Below, piece after piece: positions 22,801-30,501 of a stretch of DNA of 64,000 nucleotides (its first letter is position 1; each line of letters opens with the position of its first letter). Source of the stretch: a virus; the IMG/VR virus record IMGVR_UViG_3300034101_003866, positions 86,249 to 150,248 of that record, one strand, 5' to 3'. The translations under genes were made by a program, and so were the position numbers. The notes below the pieces were generated by a model. The model was not told the origin of the DNA and ran no database searches. It saw only the letters and a list, made by a program, of their open reading frames with translations.

Positions 22801-23739
22801 AGTTGTTGGAAGTAAATTAATAGCATAAAAAGTATTTGACGCTGTTGAGGCGTATAACATACCAGAGTTTTTATCTATTGCAATATCGCCCAGTGTATTG
22901 TCTGTATCTAAAATAGGTAATGAAATATTCCATGTTTGTTTTCCTGTTGCTGTTGGCACATTACTTGATCCTGCATAGGAGAATGATATTTTGTTCAGAG
23001 TTTTTGTACCCTCTGTAAAATACCAATAGCCACTAGCATAATAATCTGCATTTCCTATAGATGTAGTTAAATAAGTATTTGATGAAGCTATATAAGCTAG
23101 TTGTGGACTGGTTGAGTTCGTATTCCACCAATACAATCCAGAAGGATCACTTTCATAGCCATTAAAGGTAAAATAAATCTGATCCTTGTCAAAATTATAA
23201 GCCAAAGCATTACAGGGGCTTTTCTGAAAAGTTGTTCCTGTGCCAAAAACTAAAGAACAAGCTCTTCTTTCTGGTATTACTTCAAAAAATAAATTTGTTT
23301 CTGTAATTCCATAAATTCTGGATTGTGGTAAAGTATCAGAAGCTGATGATCCGCTGACTGTAACAAAATTAGGTAAGTTTAGCGGGTTGCTGGTTGAGAA
23401 TACTCTAAATCCAATATCTTTTTTAAGAGTAAATGAGTTATAATTATTCTGATTATGTATACCAATATTATTAGAAGTATCATATTTGGAGATAGTTCCA
23501 CTATTCGAACTAAATGATCCTCCCAAAACTATTTTCGATGAGCTATAATTGTACTCTGGATTATATCCACTAAAACTAACATTATTTTCAATCCATTCAG
23601 CAACATTTCCACTTTGATCATAAGTTCCATAATAACTAGGAGAGCCATTGAATCCAACAGCACTAACATTACCAGTAGCAGCATTCCAAATTACACAATT
23701 GTTATAATTAGCCTTATTAAGACCAGGTATATCCAGCAT
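19825..23739 (-). CDS. Adhesin/fibre-like protein: permuted FGE domain with inserted beta-propeller, Thr/Pro stalk, two FN3-like domains
   Basis: YGTYDQSGNVAEW, IGFR, EVTNQQYVDFLN, NKPVNYVS, EWYKAAYY; APSNF...LLTWKTP and APNI...AITWSHP FN3-like starts; AAAGGA RBS. Confidence 0.8.
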   Translation of the reverse strand: MLDIPGLNKANYNNCVIWNAATGNVSAVGFNGSPSYYGTYDQSGNVAEWIENNVSFSGYNPEYNYSSSKIVLGGSFSSNSGTISKYDTSNNIGIHNQNNYNSFTLKKDIGFRVFSTSNPLNLPNFVTVSGSSASDTLPQSRIYGITETNLFFEVIPERRACSLVFGTGTTFQKSPCNALAYNFDKDQIYFTFNGYESDPSGLYWWNTNSTSPQLAYIASSNTYLTTSIGNADYYASGYWYFTEGTKTLNKISFSYAGSSNVPTATGKQTWNISLPILDTDNTLGDIAIDKNSGMLYASTASNTFYAINLLPTTTGGSPVFIKNAQLSGPGSSPAILQLAINYDGSILYGHHRDRKEWYTIDKDIYSEYFGKISILKTVDNSTNFLTPGFRDIAGNYPFIIRSISSNFKASALEVTNQQYVDFLNSVDPSGLLADESDYSNSYGQLASRNSGLLYHSIMSNTTYGGIGFDYNDVAGSKYAVLQNMGNKPVNYVSAFMAMRYCNWLHNRVDNANTKIIDTGAYDFVSSPSVGVDGIQFDISRSANARYYLPSRREWYKAAYYSDNLNDVQKWSYTNGNPFEDSATLPVQNLESVIPVTTGWKILKNGAWSTVTSINYDDPITTNITISPGIFNMSTNSFENPGVFDFYSIIPSGFYNYATQSNNAPSCSDIDPYGNGPTPQNVGHLVTFTNLIPGNKYVAYFTLSEESPYTATIDKPIVAFIASSTTEQIMVQITKYWPMKMLVLTSKLMNSSDIIVSGGQAVQDGINGIYYLSTTTDSNGSYFYSKDGKNSYPRIGLTTLAAYPYTTYWAFQKSTAGGEDFLYYIMNPAYPDPPISNTWLDGDYTNTLGIISSSIPLPRVFYQNNTVVKCDSLSNDCEIGATRLPMVTRTVTKTPYPTRTVTPTVTRTVTPTITVTPTITSTVTPTATVTSTNTPTPSVTSTLTPTPTITITTTPTVTQTVSTTQTITPTITVTPTETVTPTVTSTVTPTITVTPTNTQTPTVTPTITVSPSFTPTTTPTVTSTVTVTPTMTISPSMRNDRLLSDSANAPSNFVMQSYQDSALLTWKTPLDTTVDSIPLYGYSYGVYLGNSSNSSIFDSTFQWAKNDLPFSSVASIQNYTYSWPVDLSSMRYYRNPPVDLNNRPVYIRLFSRYISYNFGFNQDPRTIAGMINAGWYRWNPNNDTANPCAPNILSATGGDLQAAITWSHPTQTLLVPGISLTLYGYVAVMYVDLSTNIFFSSRQISATETSYTFGSHFPVGLGNYKARVYALYSPVNINGSDPAGAGYSIVSAPSQTVTFSVTNNF
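20635..21085 (-). repeat. Thr/Pro-rich coding repeat
   Basis: About 150 aa of TVTPT/TITVT repeats. Confidence 0.9.
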
Positions 23740-23759
23740 TATTAATTTCCTTTATTTTT

Positions 23760-26474
23760 TTAAATACACTCAGGACCACATTTTACTGCAAGATAGTCCA
23801 TAGCCTCCAAGGCATTGCTAGTATTAGTTAGTTTAAACTGTATAACAGCCTGACTCTGATTTTCTAAATTAATATTAGCAACAGTTAATAAATTAGCTTG
23901 TCCACTATTCTGAAATACAATATTACCACTACTCGGAGTTAGTGTGATAGCAGGAGATGCTGAAATGAATCGATATGTATGATTATCTCCTGGCATAGCA
24001 TTACTAACATTAACAGATAATAGCTTTGTTCCAGAGCAGCAACCAACTGGTAGTGTTAATACTGGAGATCCAGAGAATGAAACAATATAATCTGTTATAG
24101 GTAAGCAATTATTACAATTTAATGTAAAATCATTACTATACGTTGTTATATTTGAGCAAGAGGTTTGTTGAACGCTCATGTTCAAAGTTATAAACTTATT
24201 CTTTGATCCATCGTATAATGAATTTTCTTTATAGACTAGGATAGTATCTCTAGTGTCGGTAGCGCATGATCCACTAGGGTAACAGAACCCAATGTCTGTT
24301 TTGATAACTCTAGAGTCAGAAGTTGCCACAAATTCACCAGATTGTCTTGAAACAACAACCGGCCAATTACTATCAACACGAGCAAAATTGTATTTATACG
24401 TTTCTCCAGGAATAAGATTATTTAGTCTAGAGTTTAAAACATAAGTATTATTACCGAAAGTATCCAATACAGCATTAGAGTCTTGAATAATCTCAAGCTT
24501 CTTTAGACAATTATCACAAGAAACTCTACATTCATTACTTTGTGCTATTGAATCATTACAACCAGTTTCTTTAATTTCTAGTCTTAGTTTCACATTTCTA
24601 TCAATTGCTCCAAAATTCGTTGAACAAGTTGGATCTAATGAATATGGAATAACATTTGCTGTTCCATTAGGACATGTTCCTGTTGATGGGCAGAATGTTA
24701 ATCTGCTAGTTAAACTTTCAAAAGTTGAATTAGCTTTAATTACTCCACTCATTGGATATAGTATTGCTGGCCAATTAGCTCCAGCACCCTTAAACTCATA
24801 ACTATAATACGATCCTGGAACAAGATTACTAACATCTGCTAGAACATCAATATAATTTGTTCCATAGTTAAGAGAAAGATTCTTTGGTATTGTAGCATCT
24901 AGTATTGGTAAGCAGTTTTCGCAAGAGGCTGTTAACTCATTACTGTAAATAGTTTCAGCATCATAGTTAATTGGATCAACCATTAGTCTCAATTTAATAT
25001 TTCTACTAATATATCCTGCTCTTGTAATACATGAAGAGTCAATGGTATAATCGAGAACATCAGGATCAGAACTAGGACAAATACCGGTTGATTTGCAGAA
25101 AGATAATTTGGCGGGGATTGACATTGATGTTGTTGTTGGAGTTAATAGTCCGCTCATTGGAGAGATTGTTACAGGCCAATTAGCATCAACAGCCTCAAAA
25201 ACATATCTGTATTGTGAATTTGGAATAAGATTCAGTATGTCTGCATTAAATACATACTTATCATTTCCTTGTGTTAAATTCAAAGAGTTTGGAATAGACG
25301 CTCTTGGTTTGGACACACAGTCATTACAAAAAATACTTAATTCATTACTATAGGTTGATTCATTATTAGAAGATTGTTTAATTCTGAGTTTTATTCTTGC
25401 TGTTTTGTCTAATAGTCCAAAGTTGATATCTGATGATACATTGGTTGTGTATGCTAAGACTCCATTAACTCCACTTGGGCACAAGCCTGTTGATGGACAT
25501 AATGTTAGTTTAACAGGAATAGACGCCACTTTATCTGTGGCTACCATTGTGCCACTTTGTGGCTGCACTAAGACTGGCCAATTAGCTCTGACACTACTAA
25601 ATTCATATGAATATTCTTGTCCAACAATAAGATTATCTAAAGCAACATCAAAACTACTATAAGTATCACCAGCATTAAGATCAATTACAGAAGGTAACAC
25701 AGCATGAGTTTTTGGTAAACAGTCATTACAGAGCACGGAAAAGGACGATGATGAGCTAGCTTGTGGAGATTGTGCTTTTTCAACTGGCTCAACTACTAGG
25801 TTAATAACAGAATATCTATCTTCTCTATCTATACTATTTGAAGTATCAACATAGTTTAAAACTTTATCATCAGCTTCTAAGCAGACATTGGAAGATGAAC
25901 AGAATGATAGTAGACTAGTTATATTAGCATATTCATTTGAGGCTTTAATGACTCCTGATCTTGGAACTATCTTTACTGGCCAATTTCCTCCAGCTCCTTC
26001 AAAAGAGTATGTATATGATTGATTTGGTATTAATCCATTAATCTCTGATGTTATGCTTGTTGAATTTCCATCTTCTGGATTAAATGACATAGAGTCTGTT
26101 CTAATTGATAGTTGAGGAGCACATTCATCACATTCAACAATACATGGATGTGTATATATAACTTCATTAACATTATCATATTCTGTAATAGATAATCCAA
26201 GAACACTATATAAACTCTTTGGTCCAACAGCTAATCCTGGATCACTGATTTTTGTCTGTGGAGTATTGAAGAATACATTAGCATCAGAAGCTGGACATTC
26301 TCCAGTTGTTGAGCAAAAATATACATATGTTTTGACATTACTAGGATAAAATACTCCTGATAGTGGAGTTACTCTAACTGGCCAATTTCCACCATTATTA
26401 GTAAATTTAAATCTATATTTATTATTTGGATTTAATCCACTAACATTAACATCAATTGTTTTAATTGTTGACAT
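23760..26474 (-). CDS. Structural protein made of 6 full and 1 degenerate Cys-rich roughly 130-aa beta-sandwich-like repeats
   Basis: Repeated L.P...Y.Y.F.....NWP....P.SG...[FL]C....G.C...CxxC pattern. Confidence 0.8.
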   Translation of the reverse strand: MSTIKTIDVNVSGLNPNNKYRFKFTNNGGNWPVRVTPLSGVFYPSNVKTYVYFCSTTGECPASDANVFFNTPQTKISDPGLAVGPKSLYSVLGLSITEYDNVNEVIYTHPCIVECDECAPQLSIRTDSMSFNPEDGNSTSITSEINGLIPNQSYTYSFEGAGGNWPVKIVPRSGVIKASNEYANITSLLSFCSSSNVCLEADDKVLNYVDTSNSIDREDRYSVINLVVEPVEKAQSPQASSSSSFSVLCNDCLPKTHAVLPSVIDLNAGDTYSSFDVALDNLIVGQEYSYEFSSVRANWPVLVQPQSGTMVATDKVASIPVKLTLCPSTGLCPSGVNGVLAYTTNVSSDINFGLLDKTARIKLRIKQSSNNESTYSNELSIFCNDCVSKPRASIPNSLNLTQGNDKYVFNADILNLIPNSQYRYVFEAVDANWPVTISPMSGLLTPTTTSMSIPAKLSFCKSTGICPSSDPDVLDYTIDSSCITRAGYISRNIKLRLMVDPINYDAETIYSNELTASCENCLPILDATIPKNLSLNYGTNYIDVLADVSNLVPGSYYSYEFKGAGANWPAILYPMSGVIKANSTFESLTSRLTFCPSTGTCPNGTANVIPYSLDPTCSTNFGAIDRNVKLRLEIKETGCNDSIAQSNECRVSCDNCLKKLEIIQDSNAVLDTFGNNTYVLNSRLNNLIPGETYKYNFARVDSNWPVVVSRQSGEFVATSDSRVIKTDIGFCYPSGSCATDTRDTILVYKENSLYDGSKNKFITLNMSVQQTSCSNITTYSNDFTLNCNNCLPITDYIVSFSGSPVLTLPVGCCSGTKLLSVNVSNAMPGDNHTYRFISASPAITLTPSSGNIVFQNSGQANLLTVANINLENQSQAVIQFKLTNTSNALEAMDYLAVKCGPECI

Positions 26475-26498
26475 TTATTTTACCTTTGTATATTGAGT

Positions 26499-27296
26499 TT
26501 AACAGCTGGTTCCTTCACTGATAGTCACACCCACGCCAACATGACCACCGTTACTAGCACAATCTAAGCATCTGATTTTAACTATATTACTACGATGAAT
26601 TATACTAGAACAATCTGGGTCACTAAGCAATAATCTGAATGATGTTTCGGTTTTATACCAATTTTTAGTTCCTGCATTATTCTTTATTGAATATGGCAAT
26701 ACTCCTATTTGTCCATTTGGACACGAACCTGTTGTGGCACAGAAGCCTCCGTATAGGCTAAGCACAGCATCTTTTTCGTGTGCATATATTTGACCGGTTG
26801 TTGCAGATAATGAGAACGGCCAATCTGAATCTAGTGCTTGTAGTGAATAATTATATAGTTTATTTGGGATTAAATTACTAAGAGTAATATTTATTTCGTG
26901 TTCAGTTTCTTTTTTAATTCCGGTATTGACCACATCAAATTTTATTTTTGGAAAACAACCAGTGCAAGTCACTTTAACCGAATCGCTTTTATATATATTT
27001 GAAGCATCGTTTACAGCATAAAACGACAATTGTATTTTACTAAATGGATCATCTCCAATATTACATAAACAATCATCATAAGCTAATAGACCATCACAGT
27101 CTAAACAGCCAGTTTTTGATAGGCAAAAATATACTGTAGCATCAATTGATGCTGTAGCGGATGTTGAGGTTATGGAACCACTAATTGGTGTTATTACTGT
27201 TGGCCAGTTTGACCCTATGCCATTAAAAACATAGTTATATTTTTCAAATGGAATTAGGCCATTTATTTGAGCCGAAATATCTATAGGATTAGGCAT
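26499..27296 (-). CDS. Protein with two copies of the same Cys-rich NWP repeat
   Basis: GSNWPTVITPISG...FCLSKTGC...CTGC and DSDWPFSLSATTG...FCATTGSCP...CLDC; AAAGGA RBS. Confidence 0.8.
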   Translation of the reverse strand: MPNPIDISAQINGLIPFEKYNYVFNGIGSNWPTVITPISGSITSTSATASIDATVYFCLSKTGCLDCDGLLAYDDCLCNIGDDPFSKIQLSFYAVNDASNIYKSDSVKVTCTGCFPKIKFDVVNTGIKKETEHEINITLSNLIPNKLYNYSLQALDSDWPFSLSATTGQIYAHEKDAVLSLYGGFCATTGSCPNGQIGVLPYSIKNNAGTKNWYKTETSFRLLLSDPDCSSIIHRSNIVKIRCLDCASNGGHVGVGVTISEGTSC

Positions 27297-27324
27297 TTGA
27301 TATCCTTTTTAGTATGAATAACTG

Positions 27325-27334
27325 TTTATACACC
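27325..27334 (-). promoter_or_regulatory. Candidate late promoter GGTGTATAAA
   Basis: Intergenic, about 30 nt upstream of the ATG at 27296; motif recurs in three other intergenic gaps. Confidence 0.5.
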
Positions 27335-27339
27335 ATATG

Positions 27340-29007
27340 TTATGGACTGCTAGGGGCTGCTCCTGGAGGAGTACGATCAATAACTATGCCAAGAGCTGCG
27401 CTAGCTATTCCCACATCTCCAGCTGAGTTTTTAATCCTGGCACTAATTGTATATTGACCATCATTTTTAACCGCATCTTCTGGAATAGCAACGTTATAGC
27501 CTCCGAGGAGATCGGGCTCTGCGGGTACTGTGGTGACTACACTATTATTAACTAAGATTTCTATAGTATCTGTATTCAGTAGATTTATAGTATTGGGTAT
27601 ACTGAGAGTAACAACTGGAGAAACAGCATTTGTTATATTGTCAGTATCACTTGATCCAGTGTCTGATGTTGCTACTAAATCAATAATAGCATCGGCTAAA
27701 GAAGGCACAGATGATGGAGGTTGAGCATCTGGCTGACCATCATCAATTGTTAAAGTCGCACCAGGGCCGCCTGCTCCATTAGAAGATAATGCTGGCTTTC
27801 TGTATGTGACCACTAACGGATTACTATATGTAATCTCAGACGGACACGAATTAGAAACTAGTGTTGCTCTTAGCATAATATCATAGTCAATTGACCCTGT
27901 CCAAAATTTGGGATATGATGGTATGCTGTAATTATTAACACCATTTTGTCCAGGTTGACATATTCCTGTTGACTGGCAAAATAAAATCTTACTAGATATC
28001 TGAGGAACAGTAGTAATAGATTTTACGTCTATTGTTCCTGATGACGGTCCAATGAAAATAATTGGCCATTGGGAATTAATTGTTTCTATTTTGTACGAAT
28101 ATATTTGATTTTTAAGCAAATTATTAATAGATAAATTAAATTCATACGATGCATTAACTGTTGTGTCTGTTGGTCTATTTACTATATTAGGAACAGAACT
28201 AGATAGTGATATTGATGATTTTGGTAAACAATCCTTGCATCCTATGCTGAACTGATTGCTTATAGTTTCTGGACCATCAAAAGAGGTTGGGGTTATTGAT
28301 AATTCCATTATTGCATATTTATCACTATCTTTCGTAAATAAACATGGCTGTGGAAGATTATAATTTAGAGTATTAGAATCACAACTTCCGCTTGTTGGAC
28401 AGAAAGTCACTCTTGCTTTAATTAAACCCGTTGGAGTTGATGGCTTTAGTATTCCGGATATTGCATTAACGCTAACTGGCCAATTAGCATCTACACTTTT
28501 AAATACATATCTATACTCTTCATAAGGTTGTAAATTTTCTATCTGTGGATTAATAACTATAGAGTTACCATCTGCCAGAGTTAGTATTTCATTCTCTATA
28601 CTTGATGGTATAACATTTGGCAAAAGTTTAGTAGCAGTACTCGTGAATCCGAGTAACGATCCTCCAATAGCTGGAATTTTTAATGGAATAGCAGATTCGT
28701 CTCTAACTATAAAATAATATGATGATCTTGGATCTAAAAATTCTAAATCAGAATCTGGATGTGGTGCGTATAGGTATCTTTTATTACCAAGCGAGTCTGA
28801 TCCTTCTACTAGTTTTGTCCAAAATTTTGGAATTTTTCCATTAGCGCTTTGGCTGCTATATATAGCACTTATACTTTGAATGAATCGGTCATATTCTGCT
28901 CGTCCCTCATCTGTTAAATTTGCTGGAACAGTTTTCAATGACAGTCTTTGATTACCACTATAATATGTAATAAAAAATTGGCTATTTATAATCATGATAT
29001 AGTCCAT
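27340..29007 (-). CDS. Protein with two NWP repeats and a C-terminal bacterial Ig-like (Big) domain
   Basis: DANWPV...FCPTSGSC...CKDC; SQWPI...FCQSTGIC; DLVATSDTGSSDTDNITN...AGDVG.ASAAL.IVIDRTPP is typical of Big repeats in bacterial adhesins. Confidence 0.8.
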   Translation of the reverse strand: MDYIMIINSQFFITYYSGNQRLSLKTVPANLTDEGRAEYDRFIQSISAIYSSQSANGKIPKFWTKLVEGSDSLGNKRYLYAPHPDSDLEFLDPRSSYYFIVRDESAIPLKIPAIGGSLLGFTSTATKLLPNVIPSSIENEILTLADGNSIVINPQIENLQPYEEYRYVFKSVDANWPVSVNAISGILKPSTPTGLIKARVTFCPTSGSCDSNTLNYNLPQPCLFTKDSDKYAIMELSITPTSFDGPETISNQFSIGCKDCLPKSSISLSSSVPNIVNRPTDTTVNASYEFNLSINNLLKNQIYSYKIETINSQWPIIFIGPSSGTIDVKSITTVPQISSKILFCQSTGICQPGQNGVNNYSIPSYPKFWTGSIDYDIMLRATLVSNSCPSEITYSNPLVVTYRKPALSSNGAGGPGATLTIDDGQPDAQPPSSVPSLADAIIDLVATSDTGSSDTDNITNAVSPVVTLSIPNTINLLNTDTIEILVNNSVVTTVPAEPDLLGGYNVAIPEDAVKNDGQYTISARIKNSAGDVGIASAALGIVIDRTPPGAAPSSP

Positions 29008-29032
29008 TCATAAAGTTTATGTTGCATAATAT

Positions 29033-29042
29033 TATTTACACC
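29033..29042 (-). promoter_or_regulatory. Candidate late promoter GGTGTAAATA
   Basis: Intergenic, immediately after a stop codon and about 25 nt upstream of the ATG at 29007. Confidence 0.5.
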
Positions 29043-29927
29043 CTATGTAAAATCTGATATTGGAATAGTATCCCCAATAACTCTGCCGCCCGCTTTTAAT
29101 AAACAAACAGAAGGTATTGGCTGTGGTGATTCTGGCGAACCCAATAGGGCCGTATTTTTAACAGGTAACAGAACAACGGTGTCCTGGTTTTGCGCTGGAT
29201 TTTCTAATATGAATTTTACTATTACTTGATCTCTTACAATATATGTCCAATTATTATTATAGTCTAATGCAGTATATACTGATGAGGCATTGTTATAAAC
29301 CAGATTCGTTGGGTCGATACAACCAATAGCAGTGACGAAGGAAAATGTTCCAGAATATGATTGATTTGCTACGAAATTAACAACCTTGTTAAGCTCAATT
29401 AAGGTATTAGAAATTAAACTTTTAACAAAATATGTTTCTGTGGTTGGTATTCCTGGGCCAGTAACTGTTGATCCTAGTGTTATTGATGAACTTGCTCCTG
29501 TTGTATCCGTTATTTGTATAATTGATCCTCCGTTAGGACCAATCCCTCCAGAAGAAGTTGACAAAAGAAGGGTGCCAGCAACACTAGCTTTTGATTCTGG
29601 TGAACATATTATTAATAAATAATCAGTATATAATACATTATTTTTTGTATCTTTTATCGTTAATCTTAATAAAGTTTTCGTTTGTATTTTCTGTAATGCC
29701 TTAACTTTCATAAAAATTTTTGGAACCAAACTTGCTGAACCCTGAATAGAATAAGATCCTGATGGAGGCTCAAAAGTTATTGTGGTTGGCGGATTTTTAG
29801 GTAGGTTAATTGGAGTATCAAAATATAATACATACTCTGTTTGTTTTTTTATAGAAGATGGGATAGGGAAATATACAATAAATCCCTTTTGCCCTTCTTC
29901 TAATGAATAATTTTGTGTTGTAATCAT
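29043..29927 (-). CDS. Hypothetical structural protein (294 aa)
   Basis: Beta-rich; G..VTGPGIP..T.V motif seen in phage fibre/baseplate proteins; tightly coupled to neighbours. Confidence 0.65.
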   Translation of the reverse strand: MITTQNYSLEEGQKGFIVYFPIPSSIKKQTEYVLYFDTPINLPKNPPTTITFEPPSGSYSIQGSASLVPKIFMKVKALQKIQTKTLLRLTIKDTKNNVLYTDYLLIICSPESKASVAGTLLLSTSSGGIGPNGGSIIQITDTTGASSSITLGSTVTGPGIPTTETYFVKSLISNTLIELNKVVNFVANQSYSGTFSFVTAIGCIDPTNLVYNNASSVYTALDYNNNWTYIVRDQVIVKFILENPAQNQDTVVLLPVKNTALLGSPESPQPIPSVCLLKAGGRVIGDTIPISDFT

Positions 29928-29928
29928 A

Positions 29929-30501
29929 TTATATTGTTTCTGATTGACATTTAATTGTTACTATTTTTTCAAGTAATTTTTTATTATTCTGCGTTACTGA
30001 TATTACTGAAAATTTAAAGATACTAATATTTTGTTGATTATTGAGAATGGCTAAATTAATTGGAAGAATTGCTCTTCTTACAGAAATAGTTTCATTAGTA
30101 GTAGTTCCTGGTTTAGGAATAGTATAATCAGAATACTTGGCATCTTGTATTATTATGTCTTCTATATTGGTATTCGTAGTTAACTCAACAAATTCAAAAC
30201 TATATTTATATGGTTCTGGTTTTAATTGTGTAATTTCAAACTCTAATATGGCGCCTAAACAACAATAATTCTCTATACTATCATTAGCAATGAGGTTATT
30301 TTCATAGTATGTCTTAATAGTTGGTATTGGATCAAAGCATACCGGCTGACTAACAAATTCAACAACTGATCCGTCTGTGAGTTTTGTATATAGTTTTCCA
30401 GTAACACTATTCATTACTAATTCACCAATTGATATCTGATCTGTGCTTGGAAATCCATCACCTTGCTCGTCTCTTTTAAATAATAGTTTCATGTTGGGCA
30501 T
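29929..30501 (-). CDS. Small fibre/decoration protein with an N-terminal virion-attachment-type motif
   Basis: KLLFKR...PS.DQISIGELVMN..TGKLYTK resembles the K/R...P....GE..N..GKLY N-terminus of many phage fibres. Confidence 0.6.
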   Translation of the reverse strand: MPNMKLLFKRDEQGDGFPSTDQISIGELVMNSVTGKLYTKLTDGSVVEFVSQPVCFDPIPTIKTYYENNLIANDSIENYCCLGAILEFEITQLKPEPYKYSFEFVELTTNTNIEDIIIQDAKYSDYTIPKPGTTTNETISVRRAILPINLAILNNQQNISIFKFSVISVTQNNKKLLEKIVTIKCQSETI

